From: Octopus vulgaris
Taxonomy: Eukaryota
Assembly: GCA_951406725.2 (NCBI GenBank)
Contig: OX597816.1
Location: forward strand, 10,168,001-10,232,000
Reading direction: 5' to 3'
Length of the DNA: 64,000 nucleotides
Under the pieces are notes generated by a model, which did not search any database, was not told the DNA's origin, and saw only the letters and a list, made by a program, of their open reading frames with translations. The stretch's first letter is position 1; each line of letters begins with the position of its first letter. Below, piece by piece: positions 22,591 through 34,596 of this stretch. The translations under genes and the position numbers were made by a program.

Positions 22591-23741
22591 CACATTGTGT
22601 ATCACGGGCTTCTTTCAGTTTCCATTTACTAAATCTACTCAAGGCTTTTCTCAATCTAGGGTTATACAAGACTCTTGCCCATTGTGGTCTTCCAGTGGGA
22701 CTGACCAGTTCATTGTCAAAAGCAACTCAGAAATTCTTCTGTTTTTAATTATTTACTCAAGTCCAGAAATGGCGTCCATCTTCTCTTGAATTATTCTCCC
22801 AATATAATTTGTGTTCTTTGATTGACCAAACAAAGTTTTAAGCCCAAGAAGAAGTATGTGAGGTTTGAACTTAAAATCAAGAGGTTTTAGACTAGAAAAT
22901 AATAATACATTTAATGTGCCAAACTTAAAAGAATTATTGTGGTGATGGTGGGACTCGCTCTACTTACAAAAGAAGTAACTGAATCTTTTGTCTAAGTCCA
23001 CCTTGCCATCTTAAAATATAGATGAAGTCTTATACATTCAGGATAATGCATCCATTAAATAGAGACTGGATGATCAACTTGAATGGGGTTGACCTGGTGT
23101 TAAACAACAACAATGGCAACCAAATATAAGAACTAAGAAAAATATACCTTACCAGGGTAGATTTTTCTAGAGAAAATAAAGGGTTTGCATTAAAAAAGCG
23201 AACAGAAATATCATTGATATTCTAATGTTCATATTTCTTAATAAATTGGTTGTGGAAAATGTTCGGTCATTCTTCTTATTTTGTGGTTACCTTTTTTTTC
23301 TTTCTTTCTTTTTTTTTTTTTTGAGAACTTTGGATTTTCATAAATTCTCTCTGGCAAAGGATTGTTTGTAAGATTGTCTCTTTGGTCTGTACATACATTT
23401 TTCGTTTTTCACTTTATTGTCTTTCAGCCATTTAGAGCAGTAATTTGCTGGTTTCGTTTATAAAACAGTAACAAATGTTGCAAAGAAGGTGTATTCTTCA
23501 ATGTTTTCTTGCATGCCAAAGTGGGGGACGGCGGCGGAGAGGGGGAAGGGGGTCTTCTTGAAAAGAACCAACAGACAATAGACAAGAACTCTGCTGGAAT
23601 TCCAATGTAGACATTGAATGAGTTTGACATCTATAAATAAATTAAAGCAATGAAAAATGACAGGTATATTTTGGAGATAACAAATGAGAGGAGAGAATTC
23701 AACAAAGAGCTTGAACAAGTGATTGAGGGGCAGAGGAAAGG

Positions 23742-23745
<4 letters not shown>

Positions 23746-23804
<59 letters not shown>
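23746..23804. repeat. (GA)n microsatellite
   Basis: Directly visible. Confidence 0.95.
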
Positions 23805-23807
<3 letters not shown>

Positions 23808-24023
23808 AAGAGGAGTGGCCAGGTGGTGGGCAGAATATAAATTAGAATTAAAATAATAAACGTTTGAAAGATGAGAATTGAATTATTTGTGACATTGATG
23901 TTGTAAATTATTGAATCTTAATAAAAATATAATTCACGAAATTTCCCCTCACACCCACACCCACACCCAAAATTAAAAGAAGAAAGGAACATGATAAATA
24001 CAATGATGATGATGATGATAATG

Positions 24024-24063
<40 letters not shown>

Positions 24064-24412
24064 AATGATATAATAATTTGGAATTATTGAAATTGTTTTG
24101 ATCTGAAAGAGACTTTAAAATTAACAAATTTGATAGATAAATGGATTCTAAAGAAGAAATAAAATTAAATATTAATCAAAAGAATGGCAATTGGAAATAG
24201 AAATGCCTTCAGTGTTTTCAAATAACTTCTTGTAGATTAACGCAATGTGACAGTTGGTTTTTTTTCTTTCATATTTTATCCTTTGATAATGCATGGATTA
24301 GTGATTAATTATGATGGGGGCAATCAATCCTATAATCCATTAGATTTTAGGGAACCAATAAAGACTTTGTCTTTTATACAATGAATTTACTGCACCTCAA
24401 CTTCGTATAGTT

Positions 24413-24666
24413 CAGTGGTTCTCAACCAGGGTCCATCAAGCCCTTAAGGGGCCCCATATGAGATTTTGTTGTTAAAGTTTATCTGCAATAAATTGGTTAT
24501 AATTCTACAACACACAAAATATTTGAACAATTTTTTAATGCAATTCATAATGTTGTTTAATTACAAAAATATAATTGGGGTTTTAAATATGAATGATTAT
24601 GAGGGTCCACTGGAGTGAATTAGGAATCAAAGGGGTCTATATGTGAAAAGTGGTTGGGAACCGTTG
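24413..24666. mobile_element. hAT (Charlie-like) MITE
   Basis: TIRs CAGTGGTTCTCAACC and GGTTGGGAACCGTTG; imperfect 8-bp TSD GTATAGTT / GCATAGTC. Confidence 0.75.
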
Positions 24667-24799
24667 GCATAGTCCATTGTTATTTAAGTAATGAATTGTT
24701 TGGATTTGAACTTAACTCTGCATATCAGAGCTTGGCAGCTTTGAAATACAAAATGGAAAAAAAAAAAAAAGTTAGATTGGTTGTAATAAATGTTTTCCT

Positions 24800-24966
24800 C
24801 ATTTCTTATTTCTTTACTACCCACAAGGGGCTACACACAGAGGGGACAAACAAGGACAGACAAACAGATTAAGTCGATTATATTGACCCCAGTGCATAAC
24901 TGGTACTTAATTTATCGAACCTGAAAGGATGAAAGGCAAAGTCAACCTCAGCGGAATTTGAACTCA
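24800..24966 (-). mobile_element. SINE family C, 3' part
   Basis: Reverse-complement match to 60970-61200. Confidence 0.85.
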
Positions 24967-25062
24967 TGCTAACATTTCTTCATTTTTTTGCCCAACTAAT
25001 TATATCGCATATTTTTCACACCCTTGGGACACTATAAATGAAAAGTGTGAAGGAATGATTAA

Positions 25063-25266
25063 TTTCTATCCCTCAGATAGGAGATCGACTGAATCCTGGA
25101 GGTACTGCAATACCAGGTCAACCTGTGGCAAAAGCAGAGCAAGCCCCTAATTCTTTGCCTTGTTCTAAAAATCAGTTTAGTATTGATGGCCCCAACCTGG
25201 GAATGTATCAGATATTAAGCTGGTAAGAACAAATACTACACTTTGATCTTAGCCAAAGGGTAAAGC
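25063..25266 (-). pseudogene. U2: U2 snRNA retrocopy, nearly full length
   Basis: Minus strand TTTGGCTAAGATCAAAGTGTAGTATTTGTTCTTACCAGCTTAATATCTGATAC, Sm site ATTTTTAG and 3' stem CCTGGTATTGCAGTACCTCCAGG; flanked by about 19-bp direct repeats AGTGTGAAGG(A/G)ATG(A/G)TTAA. Confidence 0.9.
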
Positions 25267-25303
25267 AGTGTGAAGGGATGGTTAAATAGAAACATATTTA
25301 CTA

Positions 25304-25814
25304 CCGTAAATCCTCGAGTATAGTCTGCCCTTGAGTATAATACGCAGGGGATTTTTAGGGGGCTGTACCTCTGAAAAACCTAAACCTTGTGTATAATACG
25401 CACCCCTTCTCTAACTTGAGTCAAGGAAGTCTATATAACGTCCTTGGTTTGTAAAAATGTATACGGTAACGTCCTTTATTATTATTGTATATATAACATA
25501 ATGCAAACGGGTAGCTTTTTTGTGCATTTTGTTTGCAGAAAATAAAGAAATAACAGTAATAACGTTTAGTAAATGTTGCTTACTGCAAGTTATGGATGAT
25601 TCTTTTATGACTTCATTGCTTTCAGGCTTAGCTTTAGGTATTTTCGTGCCCGACATCACAAAATGCATCTGAATAAACATTGCCGGACAGCAAATAGTGA
25701 CTCGGACATTGCTTTAAAATATTTTTCATTTTTAACCTCGTATATAGTACGCACTAGGGATTTTGACTTTTAAATTTTGGTGAAAAAATGCAGATTATAC
25801 TTGAGGATTTACGG
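25304..25814. mobile_element. pogo/Tigger-like (Tc1/mariner superfamily) MITE
   Basis: TA flanks; TIRs CCGTAAATCCTCGAGTATA and TATACTTGAGGATTTACGG. Confidence 0.85.
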
Positions 25815-26462
25815 TATTTGTTTGTTTTTTTTTTTAAAAAAAAAAAACAAAACTGCAAAACTTCACTTAAAAATATTACTTTTAGAATGCTATACTCCTA
25901 AACTCAACTTTTTTTTTCTTTATCTAACGGTGAATTTTACTTGGATGCAACTGGTATTGTGGCTTATATATTAGCTATAAAAGATAGAAATATAAAAAAA
26001 ATATATTCAGCGTAGTTCACTTCTATTATTTCCCTCTCAGGTCTTTAGTATTTTTTTTTTTGCATTTCCTCCTCCATGCCCACCCCCATGGAACAAGTAA
26101 CTTAAAATTAGATGCTCTTTAACAAATGCTTTGCAGATATCATGTGGAAGTCCTTGTCACATTTACAACTACTTTCTACAGAAGCAAACATAATTATATA
26201 CTTTGCCTCCATTCATCCCTCTCTCTCTCTCGCTTTCTCACACACATAGTAGATTTCTTGACAAGACAAACATTTATATTAGTAATTTCGAAGGATACCC
26301 ACTCAATCATAAGGTCCATAATGAAATTACATTGAGTAAATTCCTTCCTTTGTCCATGCAAGAGTTTGAAAAATCGCCTATTTTCTTGTAGATAAATATC
26401 TCAGTCTCTCTCTCCTGATTTCCTTCTCCGTCTCTGTACAAATACACATGTATATTTATATG

Positions 26463-26495
<33 letters not shown>

Positions 26496-26947
26496 ATCTG
26501 AATATGTATTTATGATATTATGAATGTAAGTTTAGATAATATTCTGTTGGTTGTGTCATGATTTTTCTTCATATCCATCTCTCACAAAAGTAATACAATA
26601 TTTTTTTTACAGCTAATATGAAAACCTGTTTCAGTCAGTGACTATTGATATATTTATATTCATATACAGTGAACCATATTTTTCTCTTATCTTGGGCAAA
26701 ATAGACATATTATTTCCTGGAAGCACTCAGAATGTAGTAGATAGATTAGCTGATAAAATATACTTAAAAACCTACTGTTCTCAATAGCAATTAAGCTTTC
26801 TCTCTTCCTATGATTTTAACTCTATGAGAACAACAGATTTTTAATTCATAGAAGCCAGTTGAATGACTGCATTAGTCTCAATAGTGAAACATTAACCACA
26901 TGTCCACAAATGATGATGGATTATTTTGATTACAATAATTTGATACC

Positions 26948-27555
26948 TGGAGGCACAGACATGACTGCGTGGTTAAAACCTTTGGTTCCCAATCATGTTC
27001 CACACTGTGTGGTACCTTGTACTAGAGTCTTCTACTATGCCCCTAGGCCCATCGAAGCTTTATGACTGGATTTGGTAAATAGAAACTAAGAGATGCCCTT
27101 CATAAATATCTTGTGGTGGTTGTAAACAAGCATTACCATCATAAAAGTGATGTTGTTCATTTCCAAGTCTTCTGCGGAAAAGATGTCTTGTCTTTGAGAA
27201 ATATTATAATGCATAGAAACAAGGCAGAGTGCTAGCAGAATCATTAGCACGCTGGGCGAAATACTTAGCGGTATTTCGTCTGCCTTTACAATTTGAGTTC
27301 AAATTCTGCCAAGGTCAACTTTGCCTTTCATCCTTCCAGGGTCGATAAATTAAATACCAGTTACACACTGGGGTCGATGTAATCGACTTAATCCCTTTGT
27401 TTGTCCCCTCGATGTTTAGCCTCTTGTGGGCAATAAAGAAATAAGAAACAAGTGAAGGTTTGGTGACAGGAAAGGCATCTTACCATGGAAAATGTACTTC
27501 AACAAATTTTGCCTGAACCATGAAAATATGGGAAACTGGTGATGCTAAATGACAA
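26948..27555 (+). mobile_element. Old family A-headed SINE variant interrupted by a family C SINE
   Basis: Decayed tRNA head at 26948; RTE-type tail resumes at about 27445 (AGAAACAAG appears on both sides of the insert). Confidence 0.6.
27228..27445 (+). mobile_element. SINE family C (full length)
   Basis: GCTAGCAGAATCATTAGC head, GAGTTCAAATTC B box, GCCTTTCATCCTTCCAGGGTCGATAAATT central domain, AATAAAGAAATAAG tail. Confidence 0.85.
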
Positions 27556-27669
27556 TAAAATACACAAATGGAAAGAAGCTTAGTGTAGGGTGAGGTGGAA
27601 CAGAAAGCATGAGAGAGACTAGTTGTTATAGGACAAACTCAGGAGTTTAATGAAGCCAGCTGCTTTCAA

Positions 27670-27900
27670 TCATCTTCATCATCATCATCATCGTTTAACG
27701 TCCGCTTTCTATGCTAGCATGGGTTGGACGATTTGACTGAGGACTGGCGAACCAGATGGCTGCACTAGGCTCCAATCTTGATCTGGCAGAGTTTCTACAG
27801 CTGGATGCCCTTCCTAACGCCAACCACTCCAAGAGTGTAGTGGTTGCTTTTACGTGCCACTGGCACGAGGGCCAGTCATGTGGTACTGGCAACGGCCACA
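27670..27900 (-). mobile_element. Family B RTE 3' UTR fragment
   Basis: (CAT)n and reverse-complement core. Confidence 0.85.
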
Positions 27901-28149
27901 AAAAGATCTTTTTTTTTTTTCTGTAATTCATTGGTTTACTCTTCAAATACAATCAGTTGTGAAAACTGACTGGAAAAATGTTCAATAGCTATTTATATAC
28001 TAGGTCAGCAGTGATTGAGTGATATATGGACAAAAATATATTCCCTGCAGAATCACTTTTGAAAGCTTATCAGTGCTGGCTGTGCACTCTAGAAAATCTG
28101 TAGAGATGAACTTTTAAAAAATGAGAACACAAAAGACACAATATTGACT

Positions 28150-28543
28150 TACTCTTTTATTTGTCTCAGTCATTTGACTTTGGCCATGCTGGAGCACCGC
28201 CTTTAGTCGAGCAAATCGACCCCAAGACTTATTCTTTGTAAGCCTAGTACTTATTCTGTCAGTCTCTTTTGCTGAACCGCTAGGTTACAGGGACTTAAAC
28301 ACACCAGCATTGATTATCAAGCGATGTTGGGGGGACAAACATATACACACACATGCATATATATACATATACATATATACGATGGGTTTCTTTCAGTTTC
28401 CATCTACCAAATCCACTCACAAGACTTAGGTTGGCCCGAGGCTATAGTAGAAGACACTTGCCCAAGGTGCCACGCAGTGGGACTGAACCCAGAACCATGT
28501 GGTTCGTAAGCAAGCTACTTACCACACAGCCACTCCTGTGCCT
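28150..28543 (-). mobile_element. SINE family A
   Basis: Full reverse-complement copy. Confidence 0.9.
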
Positions 28544-29812
28544 ATGACTTGTAAACCTTTAATATATTTGGTTGTATATTATGGTTGCAAAACAAAATAC
28601 TGTGTCCTTGCTAGCAATTAATATATATCTATATAGTATTTCCACTGTATTAAGATCAGAATGGATGGTTCTAGAAATATTTTTGAAAACCATTTGAGCA
28701 ATACTTGGATGTCCTACTTATAGCATAAATGATGCTCCCTCAAAATTATGTTGTGGTCCATCTCCTGCTAGGCAATTTTTTTTTCTTGTTTCAAATGAAT
28801 TTGAAGTTGAAGCTAAATCTGTAATTAATCATTTTTGCTTCTTGAACCGTTTTGATACCAATACAGCCATGACATTCCTTGAGTTATTTTATTTTCTGAT
28901 TAGTTTTAGGTTTTACAATGGTAACAACTATATTATTTTACGTTGCCTTTGACATTTCATTACCTCTCTGACAGGTATGATATAGTCTATCGTTTGCTGA
29001 TGAGGTCATAATAAAGCTGGAACATAGCCAGATTTACTTTTATTTTCCAAAATAATTAAAATAATATTAATCAGTGATTAGTTTTGATATTGTTTCATTA
29101 CACAAATATTTCTTGTGATTTTTTTTCACGTTCTCCGTATTGAATAGGCTAACACTAAAAAACACAATATAGTTCCTTGTGTGTTTCAAATGGGGACAAT
29201 GCAAAGTACCTTTACCTGGAAATCTTCACTGTCTTGAAAACTTTTCACAGCTTTTACATCAGATATCTTATGTAGATCTAACATTTTTACAGGGAGTAAA
29301 GAAAGAAAAAAAAGCATTAGAAGTCAAGACTCCCACCCCATCCTTATAACTAACTCACCAAGGAAACAAAGAACAAGGTGGGGGTGATTAAGCTGCAGAA
29401 GGTGGGAGTGGAGGGAGTTCATAATTTGACGTATTTTCCTTAAAAGCAAAGAGGAACGAAAAAATATTTTTTGCCTCTTTGTGCTTTAAAAATATAAAGA
29501 TATGGTCCTGAAAATGAACATGGAGTCTGAATTTTAGAGGTAGATGATAATGTTAATGATGTAGATGACCTGTTACACCCCATAACAAATGACATGTTCA
29601 GCTGAGCCTCATGGAACATTATTACAAAGGCATTGTTGCAAAGAATGACCAGTGACACTCACTGCAGTGGCCACCCCATCTGACGGGGTTCATCTCTCTG
29701 ATGGGCTGCAATTATCCCAGTTTTCCTGAGGAAATTGGCAGTGCAGGGTTCAAGAACACCCAAGGTTACAATGATGACCAATACAAACTGGTCAGGCATC
29801 TATATTTTTTTT

Positions 29813-30219
29813 TACTCTTTTGACTTTGTTTCAGTCATTTAACTGCGCCATGCTGGAGCACCACCTTTAGTTGAGCAGATCGACCACAGAACTTATTCTT
29901 TGGAAGCCTAGTATTTATTCTATCAGACTCTTTTGCCAAACCGCTAAGTTACGGGGACATAAACACACCAGCATCAATTGTCACGCGATGTTGGGGGGAC
30001 AGACATAGACACACAAACACACACACATATATATATATGTACATGTACATATATACGACGGGCTTCTTTCAGTTTCCGTCTACCAAATCCACTCACAAGG
30101 CTTTGGTCGGCCCGAGGCTATAGTTGAAGACACTCGCCCAAAGTGCCACGCAGTGGGACTGTACCCGGAATCATGTGGTTGGTAAGCAAGCTACTTACCA
30201 CACAGCCACTCCTGCGCCT
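29813..30219 (-). mobile_element. SINE family A
   Basis: Full reverse-complement copy. Confidence 0.9.
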
Positions 30220-30319
30220 ATAAAAAATTATGAACAACCTTAATCAATTTTCGAACCTTATTGTGTTTTCATCAGAGGCATCCACATCATTCTGACATTT
30301 GTTTATTTTTCTAACATTT

Positions 30320-30686
30320 TGTGGCTGTGTGGTAAATAGCTTGCTTACCCACCACATGGTTCTGGGTTCAGTCCCACTACGTGGCACCTTGGGCAAGTGT
30401 CTTCTACTATATCCTCGGGCCGACCAAAGCCTTGTGAGTGGATTTAGTAGACGGAAACTGAAAGAAGCCTGTCGTGTGTATGTATATATATATGTGTGTC
30501 TGTGTTTGTCCCCCCAACATTGCTTGACAACCGATGCTGGTGTATGTATGTCCCCGTCACTTAGCGGTTCGGCAAAAGAGACCGATAGAATAAGTACTGG
30601 GCTTACAAAGAATAAGTCCTGGGGTCGACTAAAGGTGGTGCTCCAGCATGTCCGCAGTCAAATGACTGAAACAACTAAAAGAGTAA
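30320..30686 (+). mobile_element. SINE family A
   Basis: Near full-length copy, head-to-head with the previous one. Confidence 0.9.
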
Positions 30687-30777
30687 ATCCTTGGACAACA
30701 TTAATTCTATTCTGTTAAAGAAAGAGGGAAACAACAATAACAAAAGTCTCTTACATTCTTTATAATAATAATAACAA

Positions 30778-30975
30778 TAATATTACATACAGTGCTCAGG
30801 TGCACCACAACTTATCAAAAGTGCGTATAAAGCATATGCAGTAATGTACAAATGTCTGGGAAGTTAACAGGGTATGAGTCAGGTACATGCTTGCATGTGT
30901 ATGGAGGAGAGAAAATCAGGTGTAGTGTTGGCGAATCTCAGGAAGCATGGAAGTTTTGAAGGATGCAACGCTCCT
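30778..30975 (-). mobile_element. LINE 3' end (CR1/L2-like)
   Basis: Minus strand reads SVASFKTSMLPEIRQHYT* (CR1-type terminal SFK motif), then a short UTR and (TAT)n tail; related remnant near 37230-37275. Confidence 0.55.
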
Positions 30976-31147
30976 TTAAGTGAAGCTTGTTGGGTGATGC
31001 AGCATTTTGGGTATAAAGTTAAATTCTGATGATGTCAGTGGATTTTCACTGATATAATATTAACTTCACTAGTTCGGTAGTTTATTAGTAAGTAGTTTAT
31101 ACATTCAGTCACTATAATGTCTCTCTGTTTCTAATAATTCTTCCCTC

Positions 31148-31278
31148 TGCTACTACTACCACCACCACCACCACCACCACCACCACCATTACTACTACCA
31201 CCACCACTACTACTACTAACACCACAACTACTTCTACTACTATTACTACTACTACCACCACTACTACTACTGCTACTA
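31148..31278. repeat. (TAC)n/(CAC)n trinucleotide microsatellite
   Basis: Directly visible. Confidence 0.9.
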
Positions 31279-32169
31279 TAATTTTCAGTAGTCCTCTCTT
31301 TCTACTTCTCATCTACTTTCTACTAATCTTATACTAACCCCTCCACCGACCCCCTCTGTCTCCTAGTATTAGCTAGTACCAACAATAAAATATGTTGTCC
31401 GGGACAAATTTTATTGTCTTCTTGTTGCTTCTCAGATGTTATAATAATTCTTCGGTACTGAGACGAGAAAGATTTATTTGCCAAGAAAAAAAAAAAAATT
31501 TGATAAAACGTTCCAAAGTCTTTTGTGATGAATAAAAGACAACTTTCCATTTCTTATGATTTCCATTTTTCTTCTCTTCCTTTTACCAAACCAATGATCT
31601 ATGCAAAGAACTGCAACAGAGTATGTCAAATCTTATTATAGTTTTTGATAACCTCATGACAAATTAATATTATTCCTTGGCAGAGGATGCACCAGTACCA
31701 TTCCCAGCAGTCTTATATCATGGAAGATTCTATATCCATAAGAAATTGTATTTGAAATGAGTTCTTCCTTGGGAGAACCGTATTAATTTGTTTTTATTAC
31801 AGACTCTTTAATGGTTTCAAATGTTTGGAATCAGCCATTCTCAGACTCTGCTACTGTCTGTCAATAAGGTAAACCTTATGTTCTTCGGTGTCTTTCATCA
31901 CCAAGATGAATAGATAGTCCCATTTAGCATTTAGCTGTCTGCATTTTTTACTAGTTTGTTTTATGAGGAGGGAGGGGGGGGGCGTGAAGAGGAGGAGCTG
32001 AGGAGGAGGAGGAGGCAGAGGACATGTTTACTGTTTGTATTCCAGGCATAAATATCAAGTATTTTTATCTCTTTCCACAATAATGAATTCCTGTGTGTTT
32101 GTGTGTGTGTAGCTTGTTTTCTTTTGACTGTTGTTGTTGTTGTTGTTGTTACTACCACTACTACTACTG

Positions 32170-32202
<33 letters not shown>

Positions 32203-32232
32203 ATACTCTTTTGCACATTCGACAGTATGGTT

Positions 32233-32520
32233 ATTCTTTTATTTGTTTCAGTGATTTGACTTGTGGCCATGCTGGAGCACCACTCTCAGTCGAACAAATC
32301 GACCCCCCCCCCCGGACTTATTCTTTGTAAGCCTAGTACTTATCCTATCGGTCTCTTTTTTGCCAAACTGCTAAGTTACAGGGACATAAACACACCAGCA
32401 TCAGTTGTCAAGTGATGGTGGGGCGGGGACAAACACAGACACACAAGCATACACTTATATATATATATAAATTTTTGTTTCAAAAAGTATAAAATGAATG
32501 ATAAATATAATATAATTACT

Positions 32521-32556
<36 letters not shown>

Positions 32557-32725
32557 GTGTACATATATATGACGGGCTTCTTCCAGTTTCTGTCTACCAA
32601 ATCCACTCACAAGGCTTTGGTTGGCTTGAAGCTATAGTAGAAGACACTTCCCTAAGGTGCCACGCAATGGGACTGAACCCAGAACCATGTGGTTGGGAAG
32701 CAATCTTCTTACTACACAGCCACTC
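32233..32725 (-). mobile_element. SINE family A with expanded internal microsatellite
   Basis: Reverse-complement copy. Confidence 0.85.
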
Positions 32726-32769
32726 TGGTATTTCTTCCAGCTTTTCCAGTGGTGGGTAAAAATTTTAAC

Positions 32770-33142
32770 TGTGCAGAATCGGGTTCAGTCCCACTGTATG
32801 GCACTTTGGGTAAATCCTTCTACTGTAACCATGGGCTGACGAAAGCCTTGGAAGTGGAAATGGTAAATGGAAACTGAAAAAAACTTGTATGTGTGTGTGT
32901 GTGTGTGCATGAGTGTGTGTGAGTGAGTGTGTGTGTGAATGTGTGTGTGAGTGTGTGTTAGTGTTAGTAACCAAGTATCACTGTCCTACAGGCAGTATCT
33001 TTTGTTTTCCAGTGTTCCACAAAAACATGTCAGGCCATGGGGAAATATTACCTTGCTTGGAAACAGGTGACCCATGCAAGAAGCATGAAAAACTGATTGT
33101 TAAAATGGTAATAATGAGAATGATGATGATGATGACGATGAC
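32770..33142 (+). mobile_element. Family A-headed SINE variant with RTE-type (GAT)n tail
   Basis: GGTTCAGTCCCACTG head; body as in 26948-27555; tail CCCATGCAAG..GCATG...GATGATG. Confidence 0.65.
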
Positions 33143-33600
33143 GATGCTAATGATTGCTGACTTCTCTGTTCTTACGACACTAATTTTAACTTTGGAAACT
33201 GCCAAAGAACAACGAAGGCATAATCTGTTATGTGTTTATTGATCAGTTAATTTAATGGTATTGGTGTATGTGGAAGTGTGCCAGTGTACAAGCATGTGTG
33301 TGTGCGTGCGTGTGTGTGTGTGTGTGCATTGCAGCTTCTTTATTCCCCATGGTGGTTTAGTATTAGTAGAAATGGAAAAGGCAGTAACCAATCAAATTTA
33401 TTTCGGTTAATAGTCTCTCAAAAGAAAATTCTTTGTATTTGTTACTGCTTATATATATATAACTATTAAATAGAAAATTGGTGTGTAGATTAAGCACTAA
33501 TGATTGATTCAAATTTTGACACAAGGCCAGCAATATTAGAGGGAGAGTAAGGGTGGGTAGCTTAGTCATTTGCATTTACCCCAGTGCTTCAGTGGCACTT

Positions 33601-33646
<46 letters not shown>

Positions 33647-33647
<1 letters not shown>

Positions 33648-33806
33648 CTCTAGGAATGATAAAAAAAAAGGGTACTGAAACCTATTTGAAAATGATACCA
33701 GCCTTGCGCATGTAATCTGGGAATGCATACAATGAGCTTCTCTGCCCTAGGTGTACGGAAAACACTCGGCGAAAAAAGGAAGAAAATTTGAAGAAAGAAG
33801 GAAAAT
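33647..33806 (+). mobile_element. Short 3' remnant of an R4/Dong-like (RLE) non-LTR element inside (TAA)n
   Basis: Translation LGMIKKKGTETYLKMIP resembles the RLE C-terminal GALG.I.K....L..IP motif; (TAA)n on both sides. Confidence 0.45.
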
Positions 33807-34017
33807 AACAATAATAATAATAATAATAATACGATATTCTGTATCTTCTGGAGGAGTTACCTCAATCCTATAGATATTACCGAAAATGAAGTAGATTGAC
33901 ATATTGATTTTTTGAACCTGTGGAAGACACAGGAGATGTCGAAATAGTGTTCATTTGATGACAATGGCACTCTTCTCTTTTTTTGCTTATAATAATAATA
34001 ATAATAATAATAATAAT

Positions 34018-34572
34018 GCCCTGATGCAGTACCAGGCAGTGGCTCTCATGGCTTCTGATCTTAACTGATTGGAATTGTTATCATGTACATTGTTTTGTCT
34101 TGGTATAAAAGATGGGCTACAGCAAATATTCTGCTCAATACCACAGATTTGATTGACAGTTGTTTGACCATAACCAGTTGATCATGTCCCTTAGTGGCTG
34201 ACGATATGTGCATCTCTGATCACGAGCAGAAGTAGTGGAGGAACATCATAGCCATGTGTTGAGTGGGATTCTTTGCAGTTTGAATAATTCACCTCTGGAA
34301 ACATGGCTGTTTTGTTCAACATCCTTAAACAACCTTTATTCAGGGACCTTTTGAGCGGGATGGGTTACTCAACCAGGAGAAAATTCTAACTGGGCCCCCA
34401 CCTGCAAGGTCATGTGCTGTTTTTCTTGATATGAGATCACCATGTCGCGCACATATGGTTGTGATGCATGTGCCTTGTGTACCTTTATCAGACTGGTAGT
34501 CATGATGGGTATATTGGGCTTCGTATATTTTACCCCAGTGTCACTTTGATGGCATGCACTGCTCTCTCACTC
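34018..34572 (+). mobile_element. Unclassified interspersed repeat, family E (longer copy), flanked by (TAA)n
   Basis: Homologous to 18608-18943; strand assignment is tentative. Confidence 0.8.
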
Positions 34573-34596
34573 AATAATAATAATAATAATAATGAT

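Noticed and set aside
25063-25266. Functional U2 snRNA gene
   Set aside because: Substitutions in the 5' end and stems, and flanking TSDs where upstream promoter sequence should be
28985-29030. Hammerhead-like CTGATGAGGTC...GGAAC
   Set aside because: The second core box is mutated and the helices do not pair convincingly
29500-29800. GC-richer unique-looking segment as an exon
   Set aside because: Stops in all frames examined and no recognisable domain; possibly an old LINE remnant
31803-31868. 66-nt AG/GT-bounded candidate coding exon (LFNGFKCLESAILRLCYCLSI)
   Set aside because: No recognisable homology and no partner exons; expected by chance in 64 kb
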